Positions 1 through 8,289 of a stretch of 64,000 nt of DNA are shown here, piece by piece. The stretch's first letter is position 1. Each line of letters opens with the position of its first letter. Source of the stretch: Bdellovibrionota bacterium. Lineage in GTDB: Bacteria; Bdellovibrionota; Bdellovibrionia; Bdellovibrionales; JAEYZS01. The stretch spans positions 96 through 64,095 of the forward strand of contig CAUJEF010000140.1 in assembly GCA_963169515.1 (NCBI GenBank), read 5' to 3'. The notes under the pieces were generated by a model, which was given only the letters and a program-made list of their open reading frames with translations, was not told the origin of the DNA and made no database searches. The translations under genes and the position numbers were made by a program.

Positions 1-2
1 AA

Positions 3-1049
3 AAAATATTTTCATTCTTTATACCGACTGCGAATGCAAAAGCTCCATACAAAGGCGATCTGATTTTTGAATGGAGCCAGGTCCCTGGCGCAGATTTTTA
101 TACAATTGAGATTTCGTCCAATCCAGATTTCCAGGCCCCAGAAGTCATTGTCAATGCAGAATCAGAAAAGTTTGTATGGCAAAACTATGCTCGAGAAATA
201 TATTATTGGCGTGTGGCTGGGGGACAGAAAGGGGGGCGCATGGGTCTATTCAGTAAGATTCAAAAATTGAATTTAAAGAACCTGGATTCAATAACCGGGG
301 CCGAAGTTTCCCCGGGCGTAAAACTTGTTCGCCATTTGAAAATTGGTCCACCTGCCAAAGTAAATAAGCCAATAGAAAAGCCTAATCCTGTAGATGTCCC
401 GCGCATTGTTCCATCCGCTCAAGCGCCGATCGAAAAGAAAAATATAGATTTTAATTTTGATGTTGGATTTTATTACGATTATTCACAACTTAAAGCGTCC
501 AGTGACGTGGTGGCAAATTTCAATGGTTTTCGGCCATACAACCTTGGGTTTGAAGCTGTAATTCCAACAGCTAATAACGACGCTCTAAGTGCAAAAATAA
601 ATTACAATTACATTATCTGGAAGGCAGACCCTGAAGACAAATATCCGTTCCAGCCTAAATTGCCAGAACACAGGTACGGATTGACACTTCATTACCGCAC
701 CTTGAATACACCGTGGTCTTACGGCCTTCGCATCGAACAGCTCTCTTATCCAGAGCGCGTTGACCTTGAAGAAATTCAATTAAAAAGTCTCCTTTTTTAT
801 GGAGTATCTGGATCTTATTTTATTCCCAATTCAGTTTTTGATTTAAGCTCGAAGCACACAGGAAACTTATTGATTGCCGATGGCCAAATGCAATTCCAAT
901 TGATGAATGAGTTCCTGTATCGCTGGGATTTATTTTCGAGGCTGACCACAGACATGGTTCTTGAATTGAACTTGAAGTACTTCTCAGGGTCACAATCCCA
1001 ATCAGGGTTTCTCGGTCAATTTGGTATATTTATTCGCAGCGGATTTTAG
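3..1049 (+). CDS. Secreted/outer-membrane protein, 5'-truncated by the window edge (FN3-like repeat plus beta-barrel-like C-terminal region)
   Basis: The frame of the listed 213..1049 ORF stays open back to nt 3 (my translation: ...KGDLIFEWSQVPGADFYTIEISSNPDFQAPE...EIYYWRVAGG...), so the GTG at 213 is probably internal. The C-terminus ...GQFGIFIRSGF ends in Phe like an OMP beta-signal. Alternating hydrophobic pattern. Confidence 0.55.
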   Translation, partial: KIFSFFIPTANAKAPYKGDLIFEWSQVPGADFYTIEISSNPDFQAPEVIVNAESEKFVWQNYAREIYYWRVAGGQKGGRMGLFSKIQKLNLKNLDSITGAEVSPGVKLVRHLKIGPPAKVNKPIEKPNPVDVPRIVPSAQAPIEKKNIDFNFDVGFYYDYSQLKASSDVVANFNGFRPYNLGFEAVIPTANNDALSAKINYNYIIWKADPEDKYPFQPKLPEHRYGLTLHYRTLNTPWSYGLRIEQLSYPERVDLEEIQLKSLLFYGVSGSYFIPNSVFDLSSKHTGNLLIADGQMQFQLMNEFLYRWDLFSRLTTDMVLELNLKYFSGSQSQSGFLGQFGIFIRSGF

Positions 1050-2631
1050 AGACGTGTCGTCGGAGCCAAACAGCAAACACGATCGGGAGCAGAAAAAGTA
1101 AAAGTTGCCAACTTGATGGGGGCGGAAGATTTCTTATAGATCCACATGAAGATACAAAATCAAAATCATCTGTTTTATGCCCATCATAGGTCCAAGTCAT
1201 CGATGTAATCCGTGCAGGATTTGAAGCATCCGTGTTATTAATGGTAACCCTAAATTTAAAATATCGGCCAAGCTCTTGACCTATCAAGGTGCTCGGCAAA
1301 ACATAAGTTGGTGTAAATATAGCTGAATCAGATTCATCCATATCAATCGTAACCGTCCCGACACCTGCTGTAATTGGTGTTGCCGCTGTTAATGTGGGCC
1401 CAGTATTTCCAAAGTCCAACGATACTGATTCTGCCGTGAATGTATTGATCTGATATTCCACCACTCCAGGTGAAACAAGAAGCGTAAGCGGACTTTCTAT
1501 AACTACGCCCCCTGCCGCGCCGTTATTATCCGTAATCCAAGTTCGACCGTGAGAACCGTTTCCACCATCAGCAGCGGGAACCGTCCCGCCCAAACCTGCA
1601 TCAGCGCTCACCACAGTTCCCGCAAGGAAATCAATATCTCCTCTAGAAAACATCAGTATAGAGCCACCGCCACCGCCACCACCACCACCGCCACGAGGCG
1701 TTCCGGCTCCAGAATAGCCCCCACCGTTTCCACCGTTTGCAATGACCTGTCCATAGCCCAACGTGATTTGCTCAACTGTAATTGTGCCAACCGCATACAT
1801 ATAGATCGACCCACCACCGGCACCACCACCACCACCAGAAGAATCATCAACCCCCGTATCGTGAGCAAAACCTCCTCCTCCGCCCGAACCACCACCAATG
1901 ATGCTAAACCCATCATCTTGATCGTTGAATCCGGCAAGAGCAATAGCGCCACCGTTTGGATTAGTACCGTCCTGACCTGGCGTCACTGGTTGACGAAAAG
2001 CACCTCCGCCTGCACCACTCGCACCGCCAAGCCCACCGCCCGCAGGCCCCGCACCACCGCCCGTCGTGAATCCCCCCCCGCTTGTTCCCGGCAGAGGAGC
2101 GACTGTGTCCGTTCCACCATTCCCGCCGCTTGCACCGCCACAGTGGCCTATACCGCCTACAGAAATGATGGTATTGTTTGTATTAAGATCCTGGCCATTT
2201 TCTCCACTGCAGTCGATATTTCCAGCGATGTGAATATTTCCCAAACTTCGAATAATAAGCGGATTACTACCTGTCGGGCGCAGAACCCATCCATCTGCCA
2301 AGTTGAAATTTGTGAATTGCAAATCAGGGTATGCGTCTGTATCAATTCTAATTTGATTCCCCACTATCGTTCCAAATCTTTCGTACGTACTTGTGTCAAA
2401 AACACCGTGGCGCCCATCGCCAACGCTAAACGGATCATTGTGGTTGCTACCATCATTCCAACCTGAAACCTGTAGAGGCGGGTGAAGCTGATTTAAAAAA
2501 TGATTCCAAACCAAAGTCGATGTTGATGTATGTGCTGGGTTAGAGAAATTTTCTTGATATGTGAGTGCTAAACCTTCAAGCGGTAAAAGCACCAACAGAA
2601 TAATAATGGCATCATTTAGCTTTCTTCTCAT
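1030..2631 (-). CDS. Glycine-rich secreted surface protein with a C-terminal TM/Arg-rich sorting-type tail
   Basis: 533-aa ORF. N-terminal signal peptide (MRRKLNDAIIILLVLLPLEGLA). Long GGxGG/GGGGG runs interleaved with short beta-strand-like segments (IIRSLGNIHIAGNID, SIYMYAVGTITV, SILMFSRGDIDF). Tail ...SSCGSIRNLPPPSSWQLLLFLLPIVFAVWLRRHVSKIRCE. Confidence 0.7.
   Translation of the reverse strand: MRRKLNDAIIILLVLLPLEGLALTYQENFSNPAHTSTSTLVWNHFLNQLHPPLQVSGWNDGSNHNDPFSVGDGRHGVFDTSTYERFGTIVGNQIRIDTDAYPDLQFTNFNLADGWVLRPTGSNPLIIRSLGNIHIAGNIDCSGENGQDLNTNNTIISVGGIGHCGGASGGNGGTDTVAPLPGTSGGGFTTGGGAGPAGGGLGGASGAGGGAFRQPVTPGQDGTNPNGGAIALAGFNDQDDGFSIIGGGSGGGGGFAHDTGVDDSSGGGGGAGGGSIYMYAVGTITVEQITLGYGQVIANGGNGGGYSGAGTPRGGGGGGGGGGSILMFSRGDIDFLAGTVVSADAGLGGTVPAADGGNGSHGRTWITDNNGAAGGVVIESPLTLLVSPGVVEYQINTFTAESVSLDFGNTGPTLTAATPITAGVGTVTIDMDESDSAIFTPTYVLPSTLIGQELGRYFKFRVTINNTDASNPARITSMTWTYDGHKTDDFDFVSSCGSIRNLPPPSSWQLLLFLLPIVFAVWLRRHVSKIRCE
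1663..1692 (-). repeat. In-frame (GGN)10 triplet tract encoding Gly10
   Basis: The plus strand reads gcc acc gcc acc gcc acc acc acc acc gcc. This translates on the minus strand to GGGGGGGGGG within ...TPRGGGGGGGGGGSILMF... Confidence 0.9.
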
Positions 2632-3073
2632 TTTCCAGTCCTGACCAGTTCATCACTTGCCAGATTTTTTCCTTTAATACTGTGGCCCTAAACGGTTTCA
2701 CAATATATGCATTTACGTGCCAGTGAGCAGCTCTTGAAATCTTAAATCTCTCCATAGATTGCTGACTTGTTACAATTATAAATCGCGTTTGTGCTTTTGA
2801 ATCGCTTTTTCTAACGGACTGAAGTATCACAAGTCCGCTGACCTCAGGCATTTCCCAATCCGATAGAATTAAATCATAATGCGTATTAGGATCTTGGATC
2901 ATCTTCAGTGCCTTTTTTGATTCGCTAACCGCTGTGATATTGGTAAAACCGAAGCTTTTTAAATAATCAACAAGCACCTCAAGAACCATCAAGTCGTCAT
3001 CAACAACAAGTAGTTGTGCCTCGAAGTTAGGCTTTTGCAGGACAATCTTTTGCGCTGTCGCTGTTTGACTCAT
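2612..3073 (-). CDS. Single-domain response regulator (CheY-like receiver)
   Basis: 153 aa. Motifs: LLVVDDDLMVLE, phospho-acceptor context DLILSDWEMPEVSG, IIVTSQ, YIVKPF. Its 3' end overlaps the start of the downstream Gly-rich gene by 20 nt. Confidence 0.85.
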   Translation of the reverse strand: MSQTATAQKIVLQKPNFEAQLLVVDDDLMVLEVLVDYLKSFGFTNITAVSESKKALKMIQDPNTHYDLILSDWEMPEVSGLVILQSVRKSDSKAQTRFIIVTSQQSMERFKISRAAHWHVNAYIVKPFRATVLKEKIWQVMNWSGLENEKKAK

Positions 3074-3076
3074 GAC

Positions 3077-4351
3077 TTACCCCTTCAAATTCTTAGGAAT
3101 GGAAATAACAACCTCCAAACCCTTTACGCTATGATTTCTCAATGTAAATTTACCTTCGTGTTCAATCTCTACTATCTCCTTACAAATCGATAGGCCCAAG
3201 CCAGTACCTTGTTTTCCTTTTGTAGTAAAAAACGGCTCAAGCACCTTCAGCATTAAATTTTCAGGGATCCCCGTGCCATAATCACGAATTACTATTTCAA
3301 AGTCTTCACCTGAACTTGTCAGGCTATAATCTATCTGACCTGAACCGGGCATTGCATGCATGGCATTGATGGATAAATTTACCACGACTTGCAATATCGG
3401 AGTTGCATGGACATTTGCCATTACTGAATCGTTTTTAATCTTACATATTTTGATGTTTGAAACTTTAGACCTGTGCTCAAGAAGGTCAATTGCATCATCA
3501 ATAATTTTGTTTATCGACACCATTTCTTTTTTTGATTCCACTCCACTCGGTTCTGAAAGGCTTTTAAATTTATCCAATATATCTGTTGCTCTATTGCAAG
3601 CTTCCAAAATTTTTTCCATTGCTTGGTTCATTTGATCTTGCGATTGATTACGGCTCATGTCTGCCCGTCCCATTATCGAAAGTAATATGTTTCCAAACTC
3701 GTGTGTTACACCGCGAGCAACTGCTGAAACTGCCGTAAGCTTCTCACTGTCAAATAATTTCTTTTGCAAATTCGTAATATGTTTATTTTTTTCAACCGCC
3801 TCTTTTTGTAAGTTCCAAAGGCTCACAAAATTTCTTGCCTTTTGATAAATTTCACCCTCGTAAAACGGTTTGTTCAAATAATCCCACCGATTTGCCTTGT
3901 CTTCGCCCAACAGTTTGTGAATAGATTCAATGCTTCTATCATTATAGGCTGTCACAAAAACAGCATATATTTCGGGGTCGAATTTTTGGATTTCTTTTAC
4001 CAGCTCAATACCATCCATCCCCTCTCCCAGTTTCACATCAAAAAATCCAAGTGCATAGGGTTGCCCTTGCTCAAATGCTTTTTTTGCCTCTGTAAGCCCT
4101 TCAAGTGCGTTTGAACACACTGTGACCTTAAAACTAATCACCTGGTGTTGAGCCACCAAAGGCTGTGGACTCCCTCTAGATGATCGAATCATTGGTATCA
4201 CATTGCTGTTCGCTTCAAGGATATCTTTATAAGAACTCGCGATTCCTGGTTCGTCTTCAACAACCAGGATGCGATTGTTCCATTTATTACTGGATGCTGG
4301 GACTACATTTGAAATTGTCTGTTCTAAGACTTTTTTTGCACCGTTACTCAT
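3077..4351 (-). CDS. Hybrid receiver-histidine kinase (N-terminal REC, HisKA, HATPase)
   Basis: 424 aa. REC motifs ILVVEDEPG, FFDVKLGEGMDG, VFVTAYND, LNKPF. H-box THEFGNILLSIMGRADM. G-boxes IRDYGTGIP and GTGLGLSICKEIVE. ATGA overlap with the upstream kinase. Confidence 0.85.
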   Translation of the reverse strand: MSNGAKKVLEQTISNVVPASSNKWNNRILVVEDEPGIASSYKDILEANSNVIPMIRSSRGSPQPLVAQHQVISFKVTVCSNALEGLTEAKKAFEQGQPYALGFFDVKLGEGMDGIELVKEIQKFDPEIYAVFVTAYNDRSIESIHKLLGEDKANRWDYLNKPFYEGEIYQKARNFVSLWNLQKEAVEKNKHITNLQKKLFDSEKLTAVSAVARGVTHEFGNILLSIMGRADMSRNQSQDQMNQAMEKILEACNRATDILDKFKSLSEPSGVESKKEMVSINKIIDDAIDLLEHRSKVSNIKICKIKNDSVMANVHATPILQVVVNLSINAMHAMPGSGQIDYSLTSSGEDFEIVIRDYGTGIPENLMLKVLEPFFTTKGKQGTGLGLSICKEIVEIEHEGKFTLRNHSVKGLEVVISIPKNLKG

Positions 4352-6441
4352 GCGGGCTCCTTCATCTGAATAATTTCAGTTAAAGGAAGTTGAATGACAA
4401 ATGCCGTCCCTTCGAAGCTTGAAGACTTAAGATAGAGATCACCACCAAATGCCCGAATCAACCGACGGCTAATCCCAAGACCCAATCCTGTGCCTTCGTG
4501 ATTTGGTTTTGTGGAAAATTGACTTTCAAAAAGTTTTCCGTGATTTTCTTTTAAAATACCAACCCCGTTATCTTCGATATCTAGGATTGCATTTTTTCCG
4601 CTTTTTCCCATCCTTAAAGTAACCTGGCCCTCTAACGTCGAGTCAGCCTGCTTACGAGATCGAATGGAATGCAATGAGTTTCGAATAAGATTTACCATCA
4701 CCTGAATGAACTCGTCTTCATCTACCATGACAATGCAATCTCCATCGCCCACAACCAATATTTTTGCATCAATTTGTGAAGCGAGATCTGCCATAATTTT
4801 TGCAGAATCACTTAATAACTTTGAAACACTATGCGGCTTTGGATCTGCCTTGATGGCGCTTAAGGAGCGCATTTTTTGAACGATCTTATTAATGCGCATA
4901 CCTTCACGAATCAAAAAATCTGTTTCCGACATTAAGGTCTCATATTCGGCATGAAGGTCTGTGCCGATCTTTTTCAAGTTTTCTATATCTTCTTCCCAGA
5001 GGGTTTGTTGTGGCCTTACTTTCGATGGCTCTTCCCAGGCTTCTACAAGTTGATTAAATCCGCCCTCGCCGTAATCTTTTTCCCAACTACTCGTAAGATC
5101 TTTAAGAAAGCGTGCTTCTGAAATAATGTGATTTTCTAAACGGCTTTTTAGCTTCTGAATTTTTGTCATCATCACGGTTAATGGATTCAACACTTCGTGA
5201 GCGGTATTACCAGCAATTTCACCAACTGCCGCAAGACGCGTTGTCCGCAAGAGAGCTTCCTGCGCCTTTTTTACGGCTTCGTTACGCTCCTGAAGTTCCT
5301 TAGTCCTTTCTTTCACCTTATTTTCAAGGTCCCTGTTGATTTCCTCCAATTCTTCTCTAGAGGTTTTTAAATCTCGGATCATGGTGTTGAAATTTTTTGC
5401 TAGGAGTTGAATTTCGTCACGTGTATTGACGTGGATTTGGGTGGTCAAATCACCGTCTGAAACTTTTCTCATACCCAAGGTCAACGATTCAATTGGTCGC
5501 GTCAGAGATCTGGAAAATAAAATAGCTGCAATAAACGCTAACGAAAAAACAATAAGTGCAAACAATAAAGACCTGTAGATCAAGCGCCGAACTGAGGCAA
5601 ATGCTTTCTCTACTGAAACTTTTGAAATAACAAAAATTTGATCTTTATAAGATTTCGAATACGCACCCAACATTTTATCATTGTCATATTTAAACGCGGA
5701 TGTCTTCATACTATCAGATTTCGCCCGCAAAAAAATTGGGTCGTCGCTGTAGAAATTTCGATTTTGCATAACAAATGGATTTGAATGAACCAGAACACTA
5801 CCATCTTGATTCAAAACAAAAACCTCGTTCAATCGAACCTGCTGCAAAGTTTTGAGAATCTTGTCTGCGCGTATGTAAGTAACAATGGCAAATTGACCAA
5901 TCGGTTGACCCTGAGCATTTTCTTCAACAATACTTTTACCAAAACCGATCAGTGGGGGCCCGTCCACAATGGTCGCATTCCATATTGCCTCACCATTTTT
6001 TTGAATTTTATCGACTGGAATGGGACGACTACGAATTAATTCTTCATTGAAGTATTTCTCACTTACTGCATAGGTATCAAAGTAAGATGAATTTTGATAA
6101 AATACAGTGTCGAAGTCTTTAAAATTTTTACTTCCAGATACAAAAATGACGTCAGAATCTGCCTCAAGAATGCCCTCTACTATTTTAAGATTAGTTCCAT
6201 CACGGTTTTTAAAGAAATGTGCGACAAGTTTTATATTATCCAATGACTTCTTAAGAAGAGATTCGGCTTCACTTGCCACAGTGGTGACTAAACTTCTCTT
6301 GTAGTCGAAAACAAGCTCTTCTTTATCAAGCTTAAGTGCATCAACCGCGATCAAAAGATACGCACCAACACAAAGAATAAGAAGCAGTGTGATCACTGCA
6401 AGAAACTTATATCGAATTGAAAAGCGCTTCTTGACCCTCAT
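4348..6441 (-). CDS. Membrane sensor histidine kinase (two TM helices, ~270-aa periplasmic sensor, HAMP, HisKA-like, HATPase)
   Basis: 697 aa. TM1 FLAVITLLLILCVGAYLLIAV and TM2 LLFALIVFSLAFIAAILF. HAMP region RPIESLTLGMRKVSDGDL...LAKNFNTMIRDL. H-box AGNTAHEVLNPLTVM. ATP-lid DNGVGI...GTGLGLGISRRLIRAFGGDLYL. Confidence 0.85.
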   Translation of the reverse strand: MRVKKRFSIRYKFLAVITLLLILCVGAYLLIAVDALKLDKEELVFDYKRSLVTTVASEAESLLKKSLDNIKLVAHFFKNRDGTNLKIVEGILEADSDVIFVSGSKNFKDFDTVFYQNSSYFDTYAVSEKYFNEELIRSRPIPVDKIQKNGEAIWNATIVDGPPLIGFGKSIVEENAQGQPIGQFAIVTYIRADKILKTLQQVRLNEVFVLNQDGSVLVHSNPFVMQNRNFYSDDPIFLRAKSDSMKTSAFKYDNDKMLGAYSKSYKDQIFVISKVSVEKAFASVRRLIYRSLLFALIVFSLAFIAAILFSRSLTRPIESLTLGMRKVSDGDLTTQIHVNTRDEIQLLAKNFNTMIRDLKTSREELEEINRDLENKVKERTKELQERNEAVKKAQEALLRTTRLAAVGEIAGNTAHEVLNPLTVMMTKIQKLKSRLENHIISEARFLKDLTSSWEKDYGEGGFNQLVEAWEEPSKVRPQQTLWEEDIENLKKIGTDLHAEYETLMSETDFLIREGMRINKIVQKMRSLSAIKADPKPHSVSKLLSDSAKIMADLASQIDAKILVVGDGDCIVMVDEDEFIQVMVNLIRNSLHSIRSRKQADSTLEGQVTLRMGKSGKNAILDIEDNGVGILKENHGKLFESQFSTKPNHEGTGLGLGISRRLIRAFGGDLYLKSSSFEGTAFVIQLPLTEIIQMKEPA

Positions 6442-6494
6442 ATAAGTCTCTTATCGGAAAATTTAACTAGAGAATTCAGGTTGTTAACACTATT

Positions 6495-7622
6495 TTAGCG
6501 CAAGGTTCTAAACAATATTTCAACCGACTGGGTCGAAAGTCCTGAACTCGACTGCGAGATCGCCCTAACCCTGTACAAAGTGTTAGGTGTAAGTCCTGTA
6601 ACCTTTTTCGAATGAAGTTGTACATAGTTTGTGTCTATTGGGGTTGTAATTATGTTCCCATTTGCGGCATTGGTAATTTGCACCTGCGATGTCGCAAAGA
6701 TATCGGTTACCCATGAAACCGTGACTGAGGTTTGGTTTATCGCTCCTGCGGCTACATTTGTAATTATCGGAGCAACCTGGTTGCACGGATTCGTTTCTGA
6801 CTCTTCAGGCAGCAGGTAATTTGCCGGTGCCACAGGCGTCCAACCGCGGCTCAAAATTGCATCATACGCAGGCTTTGGTACCGGTGGATCTTGGGTCGAA
6901 TCAAAAAACAAACTGTTTCCTTGGGTGCCACAGGAAGGATCCGTAGGGCTACCATACGGTCTCATCAACACCACAAGAGCTATATGGTAACGAGGACCCT
7001 GATTGTAATCGACAACAAACGGCACGGGGTTTTGATGATCCAAATAAACTGCAGCACTTGTACAGCCCATTCTTGTTGAATGTGTTCCGTCATTATTTAC
7101 AAGGATTTGCATATTTCCACTGCCGTCATCTACCCTCATAATCGCACCATCGTCAGCAAGAAGGGAGAACTCGTACAAACCCTCTGGTTGATCTGGTGCC
7201 AAAGTCAATCGACCACTAAAATGCACGGCGAACCATTCATATAACATATCCCCCTCGGGAGTTTGTAAAGGCTCACCCGCTTGTGTTACAAAACCTCTAT
7301 CAAACGGACGTGTTGGAATATGGAGCTGATTCAGATAAAGAAGCGCATCGGGAAGAAGTACGCCGTTAGCAAAATAATCATCAACGCTAGTGAATGGTGG
7401 GTCATTTATTCCTCTGTAATAAAGTATGCCTTTCACACCATGGTGGGCTGCGCCCGGCAACGTTTCACCGTCAAACGGCTCACAAACCGTATCCTCTGCG
7501 GGTGGAGGTGCTATGAAATCTCCAGTTGTAGAGCCCTCAGTGACTGTACCTTCTTCTGGACAACCCATTAGGCTTACAGAAAGCGCAAACAACATATATT
7601 TTAAATATTTATTGCGCAACAT
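6495..7622 (-). CDS. Lipoprotein with PA14-like domain and C-terminal fibronectin type III domain
   Basis: I prefer the ATG at 7622 (GAGGGA Shine-Dalgarno 5 nt upstream) over the ORF-track start at 7751. It gives MLRNKYLKYMLFALSVSLMGC, a signal peptide with lipobox. PA14-like core: GILYYRG...YEWFAVHFSGRLTL...GLYEFSLLADDGAIMRVDDG. FN3-like end: TSVTVSWVTD...LTPNTLYRVRAISQSS. Confidence 0.7.
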   Translation of the reverse strand: MLRNKYLKYMLFALSVSLMGCPEEGTVTEGSTTGDFIAPPPAEDTVCEPFDGETLPGAAHHGVKGILYYRGINDPPFTSVDDYFANGVLLPDALLYLNQLHIPTRPFDRGFVTQAGEPLQTPEGDMLYEWFAVHFSGRLTLAPDQPEGLYEFSLLADDGAIMRVDDGSGNMQILVNNDGTHSTRMGCTSAAVYLDHQNPVPFVVDYNQGPRYHIALVVLMRPYGSPTDPSCGTQGNSLFFDSTQDPPVPKPAYDAILSRGWTPVAPANYLLPEESETNPCNQVAPIITNVAAGAINQTSVTVSWVTDIFATSQVQITNAANGNIITTPIDTNYVQLHSKKVTGLTPNTLYRVRAISQSSSGLSTQSVEILFRTLR

Positions 7623-7815
7623 ACGTCCCTCACTTAGACCTAGCATCCTAGGACCTTGGTCTAGTACCCTTATCGGAAAGTTCGACATATAAACTTGAAC
7701 TTTCCGTTCCAGTCCGAGACAAAAAAATGAATTTGTATTACTTCGAATCAATTCTATTACAGGACTGATTCAACTTGAGAAAAACGACTATACTTATTAA
7801 TTGCTATTGGAGACA

Positions 7816-8289
7816 AATGTGTCGCTGAAACGTCTACTGATTATTGCTGCGCTTACACTGCCATACAACTCATCGCTTGCCGATTGGAGCGCTAATCTTG
7901 GAGCCAACAATCCGTTCACTTCAAATTTAGGCGTAAATTTTATGTATATGTGGCCCAGCTGGGCTGTCGAAGCTGGCTTGGGGTACATTTCGGGTGTTGA
8001 TAGGGGGGACGATACTTCTGGGATCAACCTCGGCGGTGGCGTAAATGGGAAATATCTATACAGGCAAGGCCTTTTTATTCCTTATATTCAAGTGGGAATT
8101 GGACTAAGCTCAGGTGTTACAGGCGAAGGAGCTGGGCGCGGATCTGATGGATTGTTATTTGGCTTTGGTATGTTTGTATGGGCCACTGAATTTCATATTT
8201 ATGCCTCTTACAACCTAGTAAATGGTGAAGGCCTCGCCCAATTTGGAATCGGTTTTCCACTTGCCTCTATAACTGGTTCAAAAAATTAA
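7816..8289 (+). CDS. Small secreted Gly-rich protein, possible small OM beta-barrel
   Basis: ORF 7801..8289. A GTG at 7816 lies 6 nt after a GGAG motif. Signal peptide VSLKRLLIIAALTLPYNSSLA, followed by alternating aromatic/Gly strands. No family recognised. Confidence 0.5.
   Translation, partial: NVSLKRLLIIAALTLPYNSSLADWSANLGANNPFTSNLGVNFMYMWPSWAVEAGLGYISGVDRGDDTSGINLGGGVNGKYLYRQGLFIPYIQVGIGLSSGVTGEGAGRGSDGLLFGFGMFVWATEFHIYASYNLVNGEGLAQFGIGFPLASITGSKN

Noticed and set aside
67-270. 67-aa plus-strand ORF at the window start
   Set aside because: It is out of frame with the longer ORF, which is open from nt 3 and carries a recognisable FN3-like motif.
1549-2466. 305-aa plus-strand ORF antisense to the Gly-rich gene
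   Set aside because: It is a by-product of the GGN/NCC codon repeats on the opposite strand. Its composition is low-complexity T/R/A/S-rich, and it has no signal, motif or Shine-Dalgarno. The minus-strand ORF has a coherent signal peptide and domain structure.
7623-7751. N-terminal 43-codon extension of the PA14 lipoprotein ORF
   Set aside because: The internal ATG at 7622 has a GAGGGA Shine-Dalgarno and immediately yields a canonical lipoprotein signal peptide. The extension has no signal-peptide character.
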